Shown here one piece after another: positions 1-9,318 of a DNA stretch of 15,230 nt. Position 1 is the first letter of the stretch. The number at the start of each line of letters is the position of its first letter. This stretch comes from Candidatus Micrarchaeota archaeon (GTDB lineage Archaea; Micrarchaeota; Micrarchaeia; Anstonellales; Bilamarchaeaceae), in the NCBI GenBank assembly GCA_032123335.1, contig JAQBFN010000044.1:1-15230 (forward strand), given 5' to 3'. The notes under the pieces are model-generated. The model saw only the letters and a program-made list of their open reading frames with translations, made no database searches and was not told the origin of the DNA. Position numbers and translations under genes: made by a program.

Positions 1-500
1 TTCAGGAAGCTCCCCTCATCCGTAATCTGCTTCCCCATCTCTTTCGCAATCTCGCTCGGGCTCACAATCTTTTTCTCTTTAGAAACTTCAGCAAAAACCC
101 CCTGCATCTTCTCCTCAAGAAGCTCATACCTCGCACTCGGCACAAGTATATTCCCAATCCTGTTCACCCCCTCCTTATGCAGCTTTACATCATCCTCCCC
201 AAAGCTCCCCAGCAGGTAGGGCTCATGCGCCTTAATCAAATCATGGTCCAGCGCTCCGCCCGTAGTAACAATAACATCCGCATATCCCTCCTTCACCATA
301 TCCGCTAGCACTCCCCTCAATCCCGAAGCCACCACGTTTGCAGTAAACGCCAGAAAAATAGTCGCCCCCTCACTCTTCATCTTTTTCACGAGCTCCACAG
401 CCTGCCCAAGGTGCGTTCCCTGGAACCCGCTCTCCCCATACGCTTCCACCAGCTCCTTCACCGAAGGCGCTTTCTCAAAATGAATATCCTTAACGTCCAT
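1..500 (-). CDS. dys: Deoxyhypusine synthase, 5' part (runs off the window start)
   Basis: Manual translation from ATG at 500: MDVKDIHFEKAPSVKELVEAYGESGFQGTHLGQA...IFLAFTANVVASGLRG...VIVTTGGALDHDLIKA...GVNRIGNILVP. The GFQ, T-x-N...SGLR, TTGG..DHD and NRIGN motifs are typical of DHS. Absent from the ORF track because it has no stop in the window. Confidence 0.93.
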   Translation of the reverse strand, partial: MDVKDIHFEKAPSVKELVEAYGESGFQGTHLGQAVELVKKMKSEGATIFLAFTANVVASGLRGVLADMVKEGYADVIVTTGGALDHDLIKAHEPYLLGSFGEDDVKLHKEGVNRIGNILVPSARYELLEEKMQGVFAEVSKEKKIVSPSEIAKEMGKQITDEGSFL

Positions 501-523
501 ACTGCTCTTTTGCCCCCAAACCA

Positions 524-532
524 TTTATATAA
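524..532 (-). promoter_or_regulatory. TATA box for deoxyhypusine synthase (probably leaderless)
   Basis: TTATATAAA on the minus strand, 23 nt upstream of the ATG at 500. Confidence 0.6.
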
Positions 533-571
533 CCTTAATTTACGCTCTTTGCCGTATCCCAATCCGTCAAA

Positions 572-587
572 CCAAAACCTTTTTATA
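572..587 (+). promoter_or_regulatory. BRE/TATA for the regulator-mevalonate operon
   Basis: CCAAAACC-TTTTTATA at 572-587, with SD-like GAGGT at 622-626 before the ATG at 635. Confidence 0.55.
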
Positions 588-634
588 CCCTAACCCCCAG
601 AACAACATATCGAACCGTTTAGAGGTTATACCAT

Positions 635-1318
635 ATGGAGAAACTCAAGCTCAGAATCGCAGGCGAAATCTCCCTTTCCGAAGACCCGGGCTCCACAATG
701 AAGAAGTGGAGGGAAATCTTCGGCATCACCCAGGGAGAGCTAGCCAAAGCAATCGGAATCTCAGTTTCCACCATCAGCGATTACGAGTCCAACCGCAGAA
801 AATCCCCCGGAACAACCATCATAAAGCGCTTCGTAAACACACTTTTCGAAGTAGATGCAAAGCACGGGGGAGGAATCACCCAGAAGCTCCTGGAAGGCGG
901 CACCAACACCGAAGAATACTTCGAGCTCCACGAGTTCGCGCGCTCCCTCCCACTCTCCGATTTTGTCCAATTAATTGACGGAGAAGTAATCACCCACCAG
1001 GACCTTGTAGATGAGAGGAAGCTCTACGGCTACACCCTTGTGGACTCAATCAAAGTAATCCTCGACATGCCCTTCACCTACTTCACAAACATCTACGGAA
1101 ACATGAGCGAGCGCGCAATGATTTTCACCGGAGTTTCCACAGGAAGGAGCCCCATGGTAGTAATCCGTGTCTCCCCTTCCAAGCCCTCCGCAGTTATCCT
1201 CCACGGCATAAAGAAAGTAGACAAGCTCGCAATCAAGCTCTCAGAAAAGGAGCAGGTACCCATAATAGTAACCCAATTAGACATAAGCCAGATAAAAGAA
1301 AGGCTAAACCGAATATGA
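635..1318 (+). CDS. Archaeal XRE/Cro-like HTH transcriptional regulator (COG1709-like) with a DRTGG/HPr-kinase-N-like C-terminal domain
   Basis: N-terminal HTH ([38 protein letters not shown]) and a conserved C-terminal [14 protein letters not shown]...KP..V.LHG block. Confidence 0.85.
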   Translation: MEKLKLRIAGEISLSEDPGSTMKKWREIFGITQGELAKAIGISVSTISDYESNRRKSPGTTIIKRFVNTLFEVDAKHGGGITQKLLEGGTNTEEYFELHEFARSLPLSDFVQLIDGEVITHQDLVDERKLYGYTLVDSIKVILDMPFTYFTNIYGNMSERAMIFTGVSTGRSPMVVIRVSPSKPSAVILHGIKKVDKLAIKLSEKEQVPIIVTQLDISQIKERLNRI

Positions 1319-1331
1319 TACTAAAGGTGTA

Positions 1332-2381
1332 ATGAAAATGGCAGGAATTGTAGGTTATGGAGCATACGTTCCCAAATACAGGATAAAGAGCGAAACAATC
1401 GCAGAAGTCTGGGGCGAAGACCCCGACCGAATCCAGAAAGGATTAGGCATACTGGAAAAATCTGTCCCCGCAAGTGATGAGGATTCCGCAACCCTCTCAG
1501 TGGAAGCCGCAAGAATTGCAATGAAGCGCGCCCAGGTTTCCCCAGAAGAAATCGGTGCATTGTATGTGGGAAGCGAATCCCACCCCTACGCCGTAAAGCC
1601 AACCGCCACAATGGTTGCCCAGGCACTCGGCGCAATCCCCAACCTTACAGCAGCAGACCTAGAATTCGCCTGCAAAGCAGGAACCGCAGCAATGCAGATT
1701 TGCATGGGCATGGTGGATTCCAACATGATAAAATACGGTCTCGCAATTGGTGCAGACACTGCCCAGGGCCGTCCCGGAGATGCCCTGGAATACTCGGCCG
1801 CCGCCGGAGCCGCCGCATACCTAATTGGCAAGAACGATGAATCCCTCGCAATACTTGAAGACACCTTCTCCTACACAACTGATACACCCGATTTCTGGCG
1901 CCGCTCAAAAGCAGACTACCCCTCCCATGGAGGAAGGTTCACAGGAGAACCAGCATATTTCAAGCACGTCCAGGGCGCATTCAACGGCCTGATGGAAAAA
2001 ATGGATGAAAAAATCGACAACTACGATTATTTCATCTTCCACCAGCCCAATGCAAAGTTCCCCAAGGCGGTTGCAAAGAAGCTCGGAGTCCCAAAGGAAA
2101 AAATCGAGCTCGGGATGCTCTGCCCTACAATCGGCAACACCTATTCAGGCAATGTCCCCCTATCCCTCGCCAACGTCCTGGACCACGCAAAGCCCGGAGA
2201 GCGCATATTCGTAACCTCTTTTGGCTCAGGCGCAGGAAGCGATGCCTTCTCCATAACAGTAACCGACAAAATCGAAGAGAAGCGCAAGAACGGCTATCCA
2301 CTCTCCCATTTCATAGAAGACAAGGAATACGTTGCCTACGCGATTTACGCGAAGCTCAGGAAGAAATACAAGGGGATGTGA
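1332..2381 (+). CDS. hmgS: Hydroxymethylglutaryl-CoA synthase, archaeal type
   Basis: [21 protein letters not shown], catalytic [18 protein letters not shown] and SFGSGAGSD motifs; SD-like AGGTG at 1325-1329. Confidence 0.95.
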   Translation: MKMAGIVGYGAYVPKYRIKSETIAEVWGEDPDRIQKGLGILEKSVPASDEDSATLSVEAARIAMKRAQVSPEEIGALYVGSESHPYAVKPTATMVAQALGAIPNLTAADLEFACKAGTAAMQICMGMVDSNMIKYGLAIGADTAQGRPGDALEYSAAAGAAAYLIGKNDESLAILEDTFSYTTDTPDFWRRSKADYPSHGGRFTGEPAYFKHVQGAFNGLMEKMDEKIDNYDYFIFHQPNAKFPKAVAKKLGVPKEKIELGMLCPTIGNTYSGNVPLSLANVLDHAKPGERIFVTSFGSGAGSDAFSITVTDKIEEKRKNGYPLSHFIEDKEYVAYAIYAKLRKKYKGM

Positions 2382-2386
2382 TTCAC

Positions 2387-3550
2387 ATGAGGAAAGTAGC
2401 AATTATCGGAGTTGGAATGACCAAGTTCGGAGAGAACTGGGACAAAAGCTTCCGTGGCATGGTTACCGAAGCAGGAATAAAGGCAATCCAGGATGCCAAT
2501 GTAAACGGAGAAGAAATCTCCGCAGGATATGTAGGCACAATGGCCTCAGGTTCCCTTGTGGGCCAGGAGCACGCAGGTGCCCTGATTGCAGATTACATGG
2601 GCCTCAACCCCATCCCAATCACGAGAGTAGAAGGCGCATGTGCCTCCGGCTCCCTCGCCCTCAGGCAGGGTGTAATAGCAGTTGCCTCCGGCCTCCACGA
2701 CCTGGTAGTAGTTGGAGGCGTAGAAAAAATGACTGATCTGGACACCGCCGCAGTCTCCCAAATTCTTGGAGGTGCAGGAGACCAGGAATGGGAGCTTTTC
2801 ATGGGTGCAACCTTCCCCGGCCTCTACGCAATGATGGCCCGCCGCCACATGTACGAGTACGGAACCACAGAAGAAATGCTCGCTTCCGTTGCAGTAAAAA
2901 ACCACGCAAACGGAGTCTACAACAAGTACGCCCAATTCCAGCGCGAAATCACAATGGAGCAGGCCCTGAATGCAAAGATGGTTGCAGACCCGCTCAAGAT
3001 ACTTGACTGTTCACCAATTAGCGATGGTGCCGCTGCACTCGTGTTAGCTCCCCTGGATTCCGCATCCAGCTACAGCGAAAAACCCATAGAAATCCTTGCA
3101 AGCGAGCAGGCAAGCGGAACCCTTGCGCTCCACGACCGCGATACCCTCACCAGCATCAAGGCCGCAAAAATCGCAGGAGAGCTCGCCTATAAAAAAGCAG
3201 GCCTCACCCCCAAGGACATCGACGTTGCCGAAGTCCACGATTGCTTTACAATCGCAGAAATTATCGCAACAGAAGACCTTGGTTTCTTCAAGCCCGGAGA
3301 GGGAGGCCCAGCCGCACTCGAAGGCAAAACCAAGATAGATGGAGAAGTCGCAATCAACACAAGCGGAGGCCTCAAAGCCACCGGCCACCCCGTAGGTGCA
3401 ACCGGAGTAAAGCAGGCCTGCGAGGCTACCTGGCAGCTCCGCGGAGATGGAGAAGAAACCCAGGTAAAGGATGTAGAATACGCACTCACCCACAATGTAG
3501 GTGGAAGCGGCGCCACAGCCGTAGTGCATATCTACAAGAGGGGATACTGA
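2387..3550 (+). CDS. Acetoacetyl-CoA thiolase (acetyl-CoA C-acetyltransferase)
   Basis: [15 protein letters not shown] start (ATG 2387 preferred over GTG 2378); EGACASG (catalytic Cys), [19 protein letters not shown] and HNVGG motifs. Confidence 0.95.
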   Translation: MRKVAIIGVGMTKFGENWDKSFRGMVTEAGIKAIQDANVNGEEISAGYVGTMASGSLVGQEHAGALIADYMGLNPIPITRVEGACASGSLALRQGVIAVASGLHDLVVVGGVEKMTDLDTAAVSQILGGAGDQEWELFMGATFPGLYAMMARRHMYEYGTTEEMLASVAVKNHANGVYNKYAQFQREITMEQALNAKMVADPLKILDCSPISDGAAALVLAPLDSASSYSEKPIEILASEQASGTLALHDRDTLTSIKAAKIAGELAYKKAGLTPKDIDVAEVHDCFTIAEIIATEDLGFFKPGEGGPAALEGKTKIDGEVAINTSGGLKATGHPVGATGVKQACEATWQLRGDGEETQVKDVEYALTHNVGGSGATAVVHIYKRGY

Positions 3551-3560
3551 GGTGATATGA

Positions 3561-3962
3561 ATGAAGGAATCAATTTCACTCACATGGAGAAGGATACCGG
3601 AACGCTACAAGATGCGTGGCTCGCACTGCGCAACATGCGATTCGCACTATTTCCCGCCAAGGATGGTCTGCCCCATATGCAGGAGGAGAGGCAAAATCGA
3701 GCCCTTTGAATTCTCAGGAAACGGCAAGATTTACTCCTTCACTGTAATCCACGCAGCCCCCGCAGGATTCGAAAACCAGGTCCCCTACGTAATGGCTATA
3801 GTTGAATTGGATGAAGGGACCCGCTGCACCGGCCAGATCGTAGATGCAACCCGCGCCGACCTAAAAATCGGAGACCGGGTAGAAGGAACCTTCAGGAAAA
3901 TCCTTTCCGATGATCCCGAAGGCCCAATCCACTACGGGTTCAAGTTCAGGCTGAAGAAATGA
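3561..3962 (+). CDS. DUF35 Zn-ribbon/OB-fold scaffold protein of the thiolase-HMGS complex
   Basis: CxxC...FPPR..CPxC zinc ribbon, then G.IYSFTVIH..P.GF..PY..A.VEL OB-fold and terminal YGFKF; SD GAGGTGAT at 3549-3556; typical position after an archaeal thiolase. Confidence 0.93.
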   Translation: MKESISLTWRRIPERYKMRGSHCATCDSHYFPPRMVCPICRRRGKIEPFEFSGNGKIYSFTVIHAAPAGFENQVPYVMAIVELDEGTRCTGQIVDATRADLKIGDRVEGTFRKILSDDPEGPIHYGFKFRLKK

Positions 3963-5050
3963 TTTCTCTCTGCAGCACCTGCAACTCCCGCTTCAAAAAG
4001 GATTTCCCCCAGGGCCCCTGCCACATCTGCGAAAACAAACTAGACAACCTAACCGTACTCCTCCAAAACGCAGAAAACGCAATGCCCCCTGAATGGAAAA
4101 CTTTTGCTCTTTCAACATCCATTCCCAAGAAAACTCTCGCAAAAGAGGAAGAAGCCTGGGACCATTCCGAAGGGGAATGCCTCAAGAACTGGCTAAACGC
4201 AAAGCTTTCCCAACACCTGGAAAAGGCAACCGGAAAGCTCTACTCCCCGATGAATGCAGATGGCCGCATCTCCATTAATCTCTCAACCCTTGAAGCAAAA
4301 GCATCCAACGAACCACTATTCATTTTCGGCCGCTACAAAAAACTCGTAAGGGGAATCTGCCAAAGCAAATGGCTCTGCCTCAAGTGCAATGGCTCCGGCT
4401 GCAAGCACTGCAACGGAAAGGGAAAAATGTACGATGAATCCATAGAAGAGCTCATGGGAGATGCCGCAATCACCCAAACCGGAGGAAAATACGAGTTCCA
4501 CGCATCAGGCCGCGAAGATATAGATGTACTAAATTTCGCAGGCCGCCCATTCATCCTCCAAATCAAAAAACCCACAACCATTTCCATAAACTTAGAACAG
4601 CTGGCCCAAGAAATAAATTCAGAAAAGAAACTCGAACTCACCAACCTCAAACTCGTTCCCCCAGGCTCAGTGGCTTTAGTTGCAGACTCCCACTTCCCCA
4701 AAACCTACCGTGCCTGGATTGCATCTGAAGAAAAACTCACAGAAGAAGATGCACAAAAACTCTCCACCTTCAGCTTCACCCTAAACCAAAGAACTCCGGA
4801 AAGGGTTGCCCACAGGCGTGCAGACAAAATCCGCCACCGCCACGCCCAAATCCTCTCCGAAAAACTCGAAAACAACCAAATACTCGTAGACATAAAAGCC
4901 GACCCAGGCACATACATAAAGGAACTCATCCACGGGGATAACGGCCGCACCGACCCCAGCATCTCCTCGTTCTTGAACAAACCATGCACCTGCGCCCGCC
5001 TTGATGTAATCTCCATTGAAGATGATTTCCTTACGCTCCACATGGGCTGA
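3959..5050 (+). CDS. pus10: tRNA pseudouridine(54/55) synthase Pus10
   Basis: FIFGRYKKLVRGICQ, CxxC.G.GCxxC, catalytic HASGREDIDV, GRPF, QRTP.RV.HRRAD..R and GTYIKELIHGD.GRT.PS motifs; ATGA overlap with the DUF35 stop. Confidence 0.93.
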   Translation: MISLCSTCNSRFKKDFPQGPCHICENKLDNLTVLLQNAENAMPPEWKTFALSTSIPKKTLAKEEEAWDHSEGECLKNWLNAKLSQHLEKATGKLYSPMNADGRISINLSTLEAKASNEPLFIFGRYKKLVRGICQSKWLCLKCNGSGCKHCNGKGKMYDESIEELMGDAAITQTGGKYEFHASGREDIDVLNFAGRPFILQIKKPTTISINLEQLAQEINSEKKLELTNLKLVPPGSVALVADSHFPKTYRAWIASEEKLTEEDAQKLSTFSFTLNQRTPERVAHRRADKIRHRHAQILSEKLENNQILVDIKADPGTYIKELIHGDNGRTDPSISSFLNKPCTCARLDVISIEDDFLTLHMG

Positions 5051-5069
5051 TTCAGGCAATGGACAGAAT

Positions 5070-5087
5070 CCGCTAATGCTTTTAAGC
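5070..5087 (+). promoter_or_regulatory. BRE/TATA for the deiminase-like gene
   Basis: CCGCTAATGC-TTTTAAGC, ending about 22 nt before the ATG at 5109. Confidence 0.5.
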
Positions 5088-5108
5088 ACTAATCAGCATA
5101 ATTCCTTT

Positions 5109-6383
5109 ATGGGACATGGATTTTCATCAGGCCCAAAGGGGTCTCAAAAAACAAAAAAACAACCCGAGCCAACAGAACAACCCCAGCCAAAAGTCCAGCC
5201 AATAGATCCAGTTCAGCAGCAACAAGCCCAGCAGCAGATAAATGACTTCCTTGCAAGCGATAGGAGCGAGGTCCTCTTTGTATCTGAGTCTGATAAAAGA
5301 CACTTCTTTATGATAATACCTAATGAGCATTCCCTCTCATTTCACCGCCGCAGCAGTTTTGCATTCACTCAGGACGAATACATAAAAGAACAGGCCCAGG
5401 TTGCAAAGGAGATCCTCACAACATCCCCAGACACAAAGCTAACGATATTTTGCTCAAGAAAAGAAAGCGCCTCAGCCACCGTAATGGCTTTCATTGCGGC
5501 AGCTCCAGAACTTGATAAACTCTTTCCACAAAGGTGGGAAGTAACATATGGCAAAGATTCCCAGGACATGTGGGCCCAGGATTATGGGGAGAGTACGCGA
5601 AGAATGGATGGCAGCTCGGAGTTCATAATGCCAGTTGTATCTGGGCTTGGTGATCGCAGCCTACCTCACCTCATCCGCATCCCAGTTACTAAGATACCTA
5701 TTCTGTTTGAGGGTGGAGACCTGGCAACTACTCAGGTTGGGGAAAAGAAATTGGTTGTTGTTGGTCCGCATACTCTTGACCACACTAGATCGTATTATTA
5801 TAACAAGGGAGGCTACAAGATTTCTGATGAAGAAATAAGAAAAATTTTAAAGAAAGCATTCTCTGCCGATACTGTTCTGTTTCTCACCCCTCCAAATAAG
5901 GGAGGCTTTCCCAATTTGGCGTTTCATATAGACCAGGCAGTTTTCTTTCCAAAGAAGGATGTTGCAATAATGGTTAAGCCCGAGTCCATCCCAACCAATG
6001 CAGATAACTCAAGCGTCGCTTACCTTCGCGAAACACTCTTGGAATACCGACGTCAGCTTAAAGAGGCTGGTTTTACTGTGGTTGAAATCCCAACGACTTC
6101 TGAGCATTTGGAGCAATTCCAGAGTTACACAAATGCCGTGCCAATAAAGGATGAGAGTGGTAGCACGGTGCTGATAATACCGAGCTTTGGAGACGCCGCT
6201 ATAGAATCAGAAATACGCCATATAATCGAGGAACAGGGCATAGGAGTCAGGTTTGTTCCGAACTCAAGCTTTGTTTTGCGTGGAAATACGCACTGTGTAA
6301 CCGGAAACCTCGCAAGGGTAGATGAAGCTTTGCCTCAAGAAGGGAGAGCGGCCTCAGAAATCGTCCCTACTAAGGTTGCTTAA
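5109..6383 (+). CDS. Pentein-superfamily guanidino-modifying enzyme (peptidylarginine/agmatine deiminase-like), 424 aa
   Basis: Ordered motifs DMWAQDYG, LFEGGDL, FHIDQ, SYTN and GNTHCVT (predicted catalytic Asp, His-x-Asp and Cys). Start placed at 5109 because 5016 overlaps pus10 and a TATA precedes 5109. Q/P-rich N-terminus. Confidence 0.8.
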   Translation: MGHGFSSGPKGSQKTKKQPEPTEQPQPKVQPIDPVQQQQAQQQINDFLASDRSEVLFVSESDKRHFFMIIPNEHSLSFHRRSSFAFTQDEYIKEQAQVAKEILTTSPDTKLTIFCSRKESASATVMAFIAAAPELDKLFPQRWEVTYGKDSQDMWAQDYGESTRRMDGSSEFIMPVVSGLGDRSLPHLIRIPVTKIPILFEGGDLATTQVGEKKLVVVGPHTLDHTRSYYYNKGGYKISDEEIRKILKKAFSADTVLFLTPPNKGGFPNLAFHIDQAVFFPKKDVAIMVKPESIPTNADNSSVAYLRETLLEYRRQLKEAGFTVVEIPTTSEHLEQFQSYTNAVPIKDESGSTVLIIPSFGDAAIESEIRHIIEEQGIGVRFVPNSSFVLRGNTHCVTGNLARVDEALPQEGRAASEIVPTKVA

Positions 6384-6422
6384 GAAAATGCATCTGGCTC
6401 AGATGCGACAAAACCAATAACT

Positions 6423-6429
6423 CTTATAT
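6423..6429 (+). promoter_or_regulatory. TATA-like box for the prepilin peptidase
   Basis: CTTATAT 21 nt upstream of the ATG at 6451. Confidence 0.4.
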
Positions 6430-6450
6430 CTTTCTTCCCTAATTCCTTTC

Positions 6451-7308
6451 ATGCTCGAAAAGCTCCTCTTCTCAACATTAGTAATGCCAGGGGAACTGGT
6501 AAGAATCGCAATCGCCCTCTTAGGCACAGCAGTCACAGTCTATTATGATATATTCAACAACCGCAACATCCCCAACAACCTTCTCTACGCTTTCATCGCA
6601 ATCGCCTTTCTAACCAACCTAGTCTTCTTCAATGCAGACATCTTACTCTACGCAGCCGGCCTCACAGCAATCCTATTCGTATTCGGATTCATCCTCTACC
6701 GCGCCGGCCAACTAGGCGGAGCAGACCTCTTTGTAATCTGCGCAATCACCCTATTGCTCCCAATCCACCCCAGCTTCCTTAACACTCCCTTCAACTACCC
6801 CCTCATCTTCTCCACCCTCCTCTACAGCGGAGTAGCATTCGCAGTCTTCTCAATATTCTTTTTCGGAAAGCTCCTCATCAAATCCAAGAAAGCAAAGCCC
6901 AACCTCCTTTACCTCTCCCTTCTAATCCCATACCTATTCTTTTCCTACCTATTCCTCTCAGCCCCATTCTTTTCCCCAGTTTACTTTTTCATCGCATCAA
7001 TCCTGATGCTCTCCGCTATTTTCTATCTGGTCTACAGAGACTCCATAAATGACGCAATCACCCAAAAGGTGAAGGTTTCCACCCTCAAAGGAGACGAAGA
7101 CGTGCTTGCAAAAGAAAAAATGTCAGACCTAATGAAGAAGCTCAAAATCGGCCCCGTAATCGGCAAAAGTGAGCTAAATGCCCTCAAAAGAGCCAAGGTA
7201 ACGGATGTTTGGATTTATGCCGAGCTTCCCCCATTCCTCCCATTCCTCTTCATAGGGCTCCTTGCTTCAATACTATTTGGGGACTGGATCTTCCTCGTAT
7301 TTTACTAG
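6451..7308 (+). CDS. Prepilin/prearchaellin peptidase, family A24 (PibD/FlaK-like)
   Basis: Polytopic membrane protein with the first Asp in YYDIFNNRNIPN, a GxGD-type LGGADL motif and C-terminal PPFLPFL. Confidence 0.88.
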   Translation: MLEKLLFSTLVMPGELVRIAIALLGTAVTVYYDIFNNRNIPNNLLYAFIAIAFLTNLVFFNADILLYAAGLTAILFVFGFILYRAGQLGGADLFVICAITLLLPIHPSFLNTPFNYPLIFSTLLYSGVAFAVFSIFFFGKLLIKSKKAKPNLLYLSLLIPYLFFSYLFLSAPFFSPVYFFIASILMLSAIFYLVYRDSINDAITQKVKVSTLKGDEDVLAKEKMSDLMKKLKIGPVIGKSELNALKRAKVTDVWIYAELPPFLPFLFIGLLASILFGDWIFLVFY

Positions 7309-7322
7309 CCCAACCGCAACTC

Positions 7323-7332
7323 TTTTTATATA
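7323..7332 (+). promoter_or_regulatory. TATA box for pyrG
   Basis: TTTTTATATA preceded by CCGCAAC, 22 nt before the ATG at 7355. Confidence 0.55.
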
Positions 7333-7354
7333 TTCTACTTCATATATGCCCCCC

Positions 7355-8974
7355 ATGTCTCCGGGAAAAAAATACATTGTTATTTTAGGAACAATAATGT
7401 CGGGGCTTGGAAAAGGAATCCTAGCCGCTTCTATTGCCCGCCTCCTCAAAACCCACGGCTACAAGGTCGCCCCGCTCAAATTCGATGGCTACCTCAATGT
7501 GGACTGCGGAACAATGAATCCATACCGCCACGGTGAAGTTTTCGTTCTGGATGATGGCGGAGAAGTGGACATGGATTTCGGAACCTACGAACGCTTCCTA
7601 AACACTTCCCTCACCAAACGCTCCTCAATTACAGGAGGAAAGATTTTCCAGATCCTCCTTGAAAAAGAGCGCAAAGGAGACTACCTAGGAAGAGACGTGC
7701 AGATGGTCCCCCATCTCACCGGAGAAATCATCAACCGCGTAAAATTCCTGGGGGAAGAAACCAAAGCCGATATCGTCCTCATAGAAGTAGGTGGCACCGT
7801 AGGAGACATCGAAAATGGCTATTTCATAGAAGCAATGCGCCAGCTTTCCAGCAAGGAAGACGTCCTCTTTATCCAACTCACCTACGTTCCTTCACTAAGC
7901 ATAGGGGAGCAGAAAACCAAGCCCACCCAGCATTCCAACCGCCTCATTCAATCCCTAGGAATTAAGCCCGAAATTATCCTATGCAGAGAACAGGAGCTCC
8001 TTGCAAAAGAATCCCGGGAAAAAATCGCCCTTTTCTGCGATGTCCCCGTAGAAAACGTTCTGGATGACCCCATTGTAGATACAGTATACGCTCTTCCACA
8101 ACTCCTCGAAAAACAAAAGCTCTACGATGTAATTGCAAAGCGATTCCACCTCAGGCAAACTAAGGTAAATGTAGGTATCTGGAACCGCATGGTTAAGCGC
8201 ATCACCAACCCCTCCAAAAAGAAAATCCGCGTAGGCATAATCGGAAAATACACTGCAGTAAAAGACGCCTACGTAAGCGTAAAGGAAGCAATCCTCCACG
8301 CAACCGCCGCAAACAATGTTTGCGCAGATGTATGCTTTGTTGAATCCACGGATATTGAAAAGAAAGGCGCCAAAATCCTCCAGAACCTGGATGCCATAAT
8401 CGTTCCCGGAGGATTCGGAAAAAGAGGCATAGAGGGAAAAATAGCCGCAATACGCTACGCAAGAAAAAACAAAATCCCCTTCCTAGGGTTATGCCTAGGA
8501 ATGCAGATGATGGTAATCGAATACGCAAGGGACGTATGCGGAATGGAAGGCGCAAACTCAGACGAAATAGACAAGTCCACCCAATACCCCGTAATCGCCC
8601 TCCTCCCAGAACAAATGCGAATTGAAGAAAAGGGGGGCACAATGCGCCTTGGCGCTTACCCATGCATTCTGGACCCCTCCAGCAAATCATTCGCACTCTA
8701 CAAAAAGAAGCTAATTCACGAGCGCCACAGGCACAGGTACGAAGTCAACCCCAAATTTGTAGAGCAACTCGAGCAAGGCGGCCTAATAATCTCCGGTCGC
8801 TCCCCCAAGAAAGGCATCGTAGAAATGTCCGAATGGAAAGACGGATTTGGAATAGGAACCCAGGCCCACCCTGAGCTCAAAAGCAGGCTGGAAAACCCCG
8901 CACCCCTATTCGTAGGCCTCATCAAGGCAGCAATAGAAAACAAGAAGAAAGGAAAGAAAAAGAAGAAATCCTAA
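7355..8974 (+). CDS. pyrG: CTP synthase
   Basis: SGLGKG, K.DGYLNVD.GTMNPY.HGEVFV, EVGGTVGDIE, KTKPTQHS, glutaminase GLCLGMQ, ERHRHRYE and HPE motifs. Start at 7355 (alternative 7346) chosen from TATA spacing. Confidence 0.96.
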   Translation: MSPGKKYIVILGTIMSGLGKGILAASIARLLKTHGYKVAPLKFDGYLNVDCGTMNPYRHGEVFVLDDGGEVDMDFGTYERFLNTSLTKRSSITGGKIFQILLEKERKGDYLGRDVQMVPHLTGEIINRVKFLGEETKADIVLIEVGGTVGDIENGYFIEAMRQLSSKEDVLFIQLTYVPSLSIGEQKTKPTQHSNRLIQSLGIKPEIILCREQELLAKESREKIALFCDVPVENVLDDPIVDTVYALPQLLEKQKLYDVIAKRFHLRQTKVNVGIWNRMVKRITNPSKKKIRVGIIGKYTAVKDAYVSVKEAILHATAANNVCADVCFVESTDIEKKGAKILQNLDAIIVPGGFGKRGIEGKIAAIRYARKNKIPFLGLCLGMQMMVIEYARDVCGMEGANSDEIDKSTQYPVIALLPEQMRIEEKGGTMRLGAYPCILDPSSKSFALYKKKLIHERHRHRYEVNPKFVEQLEQGGLIISGRSPKKGIVEMSEWKDGFGIGTQAHPELKSRLENPAPLFVGLIKAAIENKKKGKKKKKS

Positions 8975-9318
8975 AGTTCAATTTCCTTGTGCGGAACAGA
9001 TGAAAGAGCATTCTTCAATCGGTATCTTGCGATGATTCCACTTGCCCTCTCCATTTTTCCCTTCCTGGATTCCCCGCCATTGCTTGAAAGGTATTCTTCA
9101 ATATACAATCCAAAATCAGCAAGATTCTCAGACCCATCATCTATAAGCGTTGCAAGCACCTTTGCCACAAGCGTTTTCCCAGGGCCGTCCCCACCCCAGA
9201 TGCTTAGCGCAAGTGCAACCTGGTCAACAAAATAATCCTTATCTTCCTCACTCATATCTTTCCAGATGCGGACCATATCCTTTTTCGTTCCCCCACTTAC
9301 CTCTTCGAATGCTCCCAT
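8971..9318 (-). CDS. Hypothetical protein, 115 aa
   Basis: Protein-like ORF whose ATG abuts the upstream stop (TAAATG) and whose stop overlaps the pyrG stop by 4 bp. Confidence 0.7.
   Translation of the reverse strand: MGAFEEVSGGTKKDMVRIWKDMSEEDKDYFVDQVALALSIWGGDGPGKTLVAKVLATLIDDGSENLADFGLYIEEYLSSNGGESRKGKMERASGIIARYRLKNALSSVPHKEIEL

Noticed and set aside
607..636. Operator palindrome for the HTH regulator (AACC-N7-GGTT)
   Set aside because: Only 4-bp arms, overlapping the SD-like motif; indistinguishable from chance without comparative data.
5016..5108. Upstream starts at 5016, 7262 and 12401 from the ORF track
   Set aside because: They overlap upstream genes or the IS end and run through the TATA boxes; downstream ATGs fit promoter spacing.
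5109..5126. MGxxxS N-myristoylation-like start of the deiminase-like protein
   Set aside because: Short, common pattern, with no evidence of a eukaryotic host or N-myristoyltransferase.
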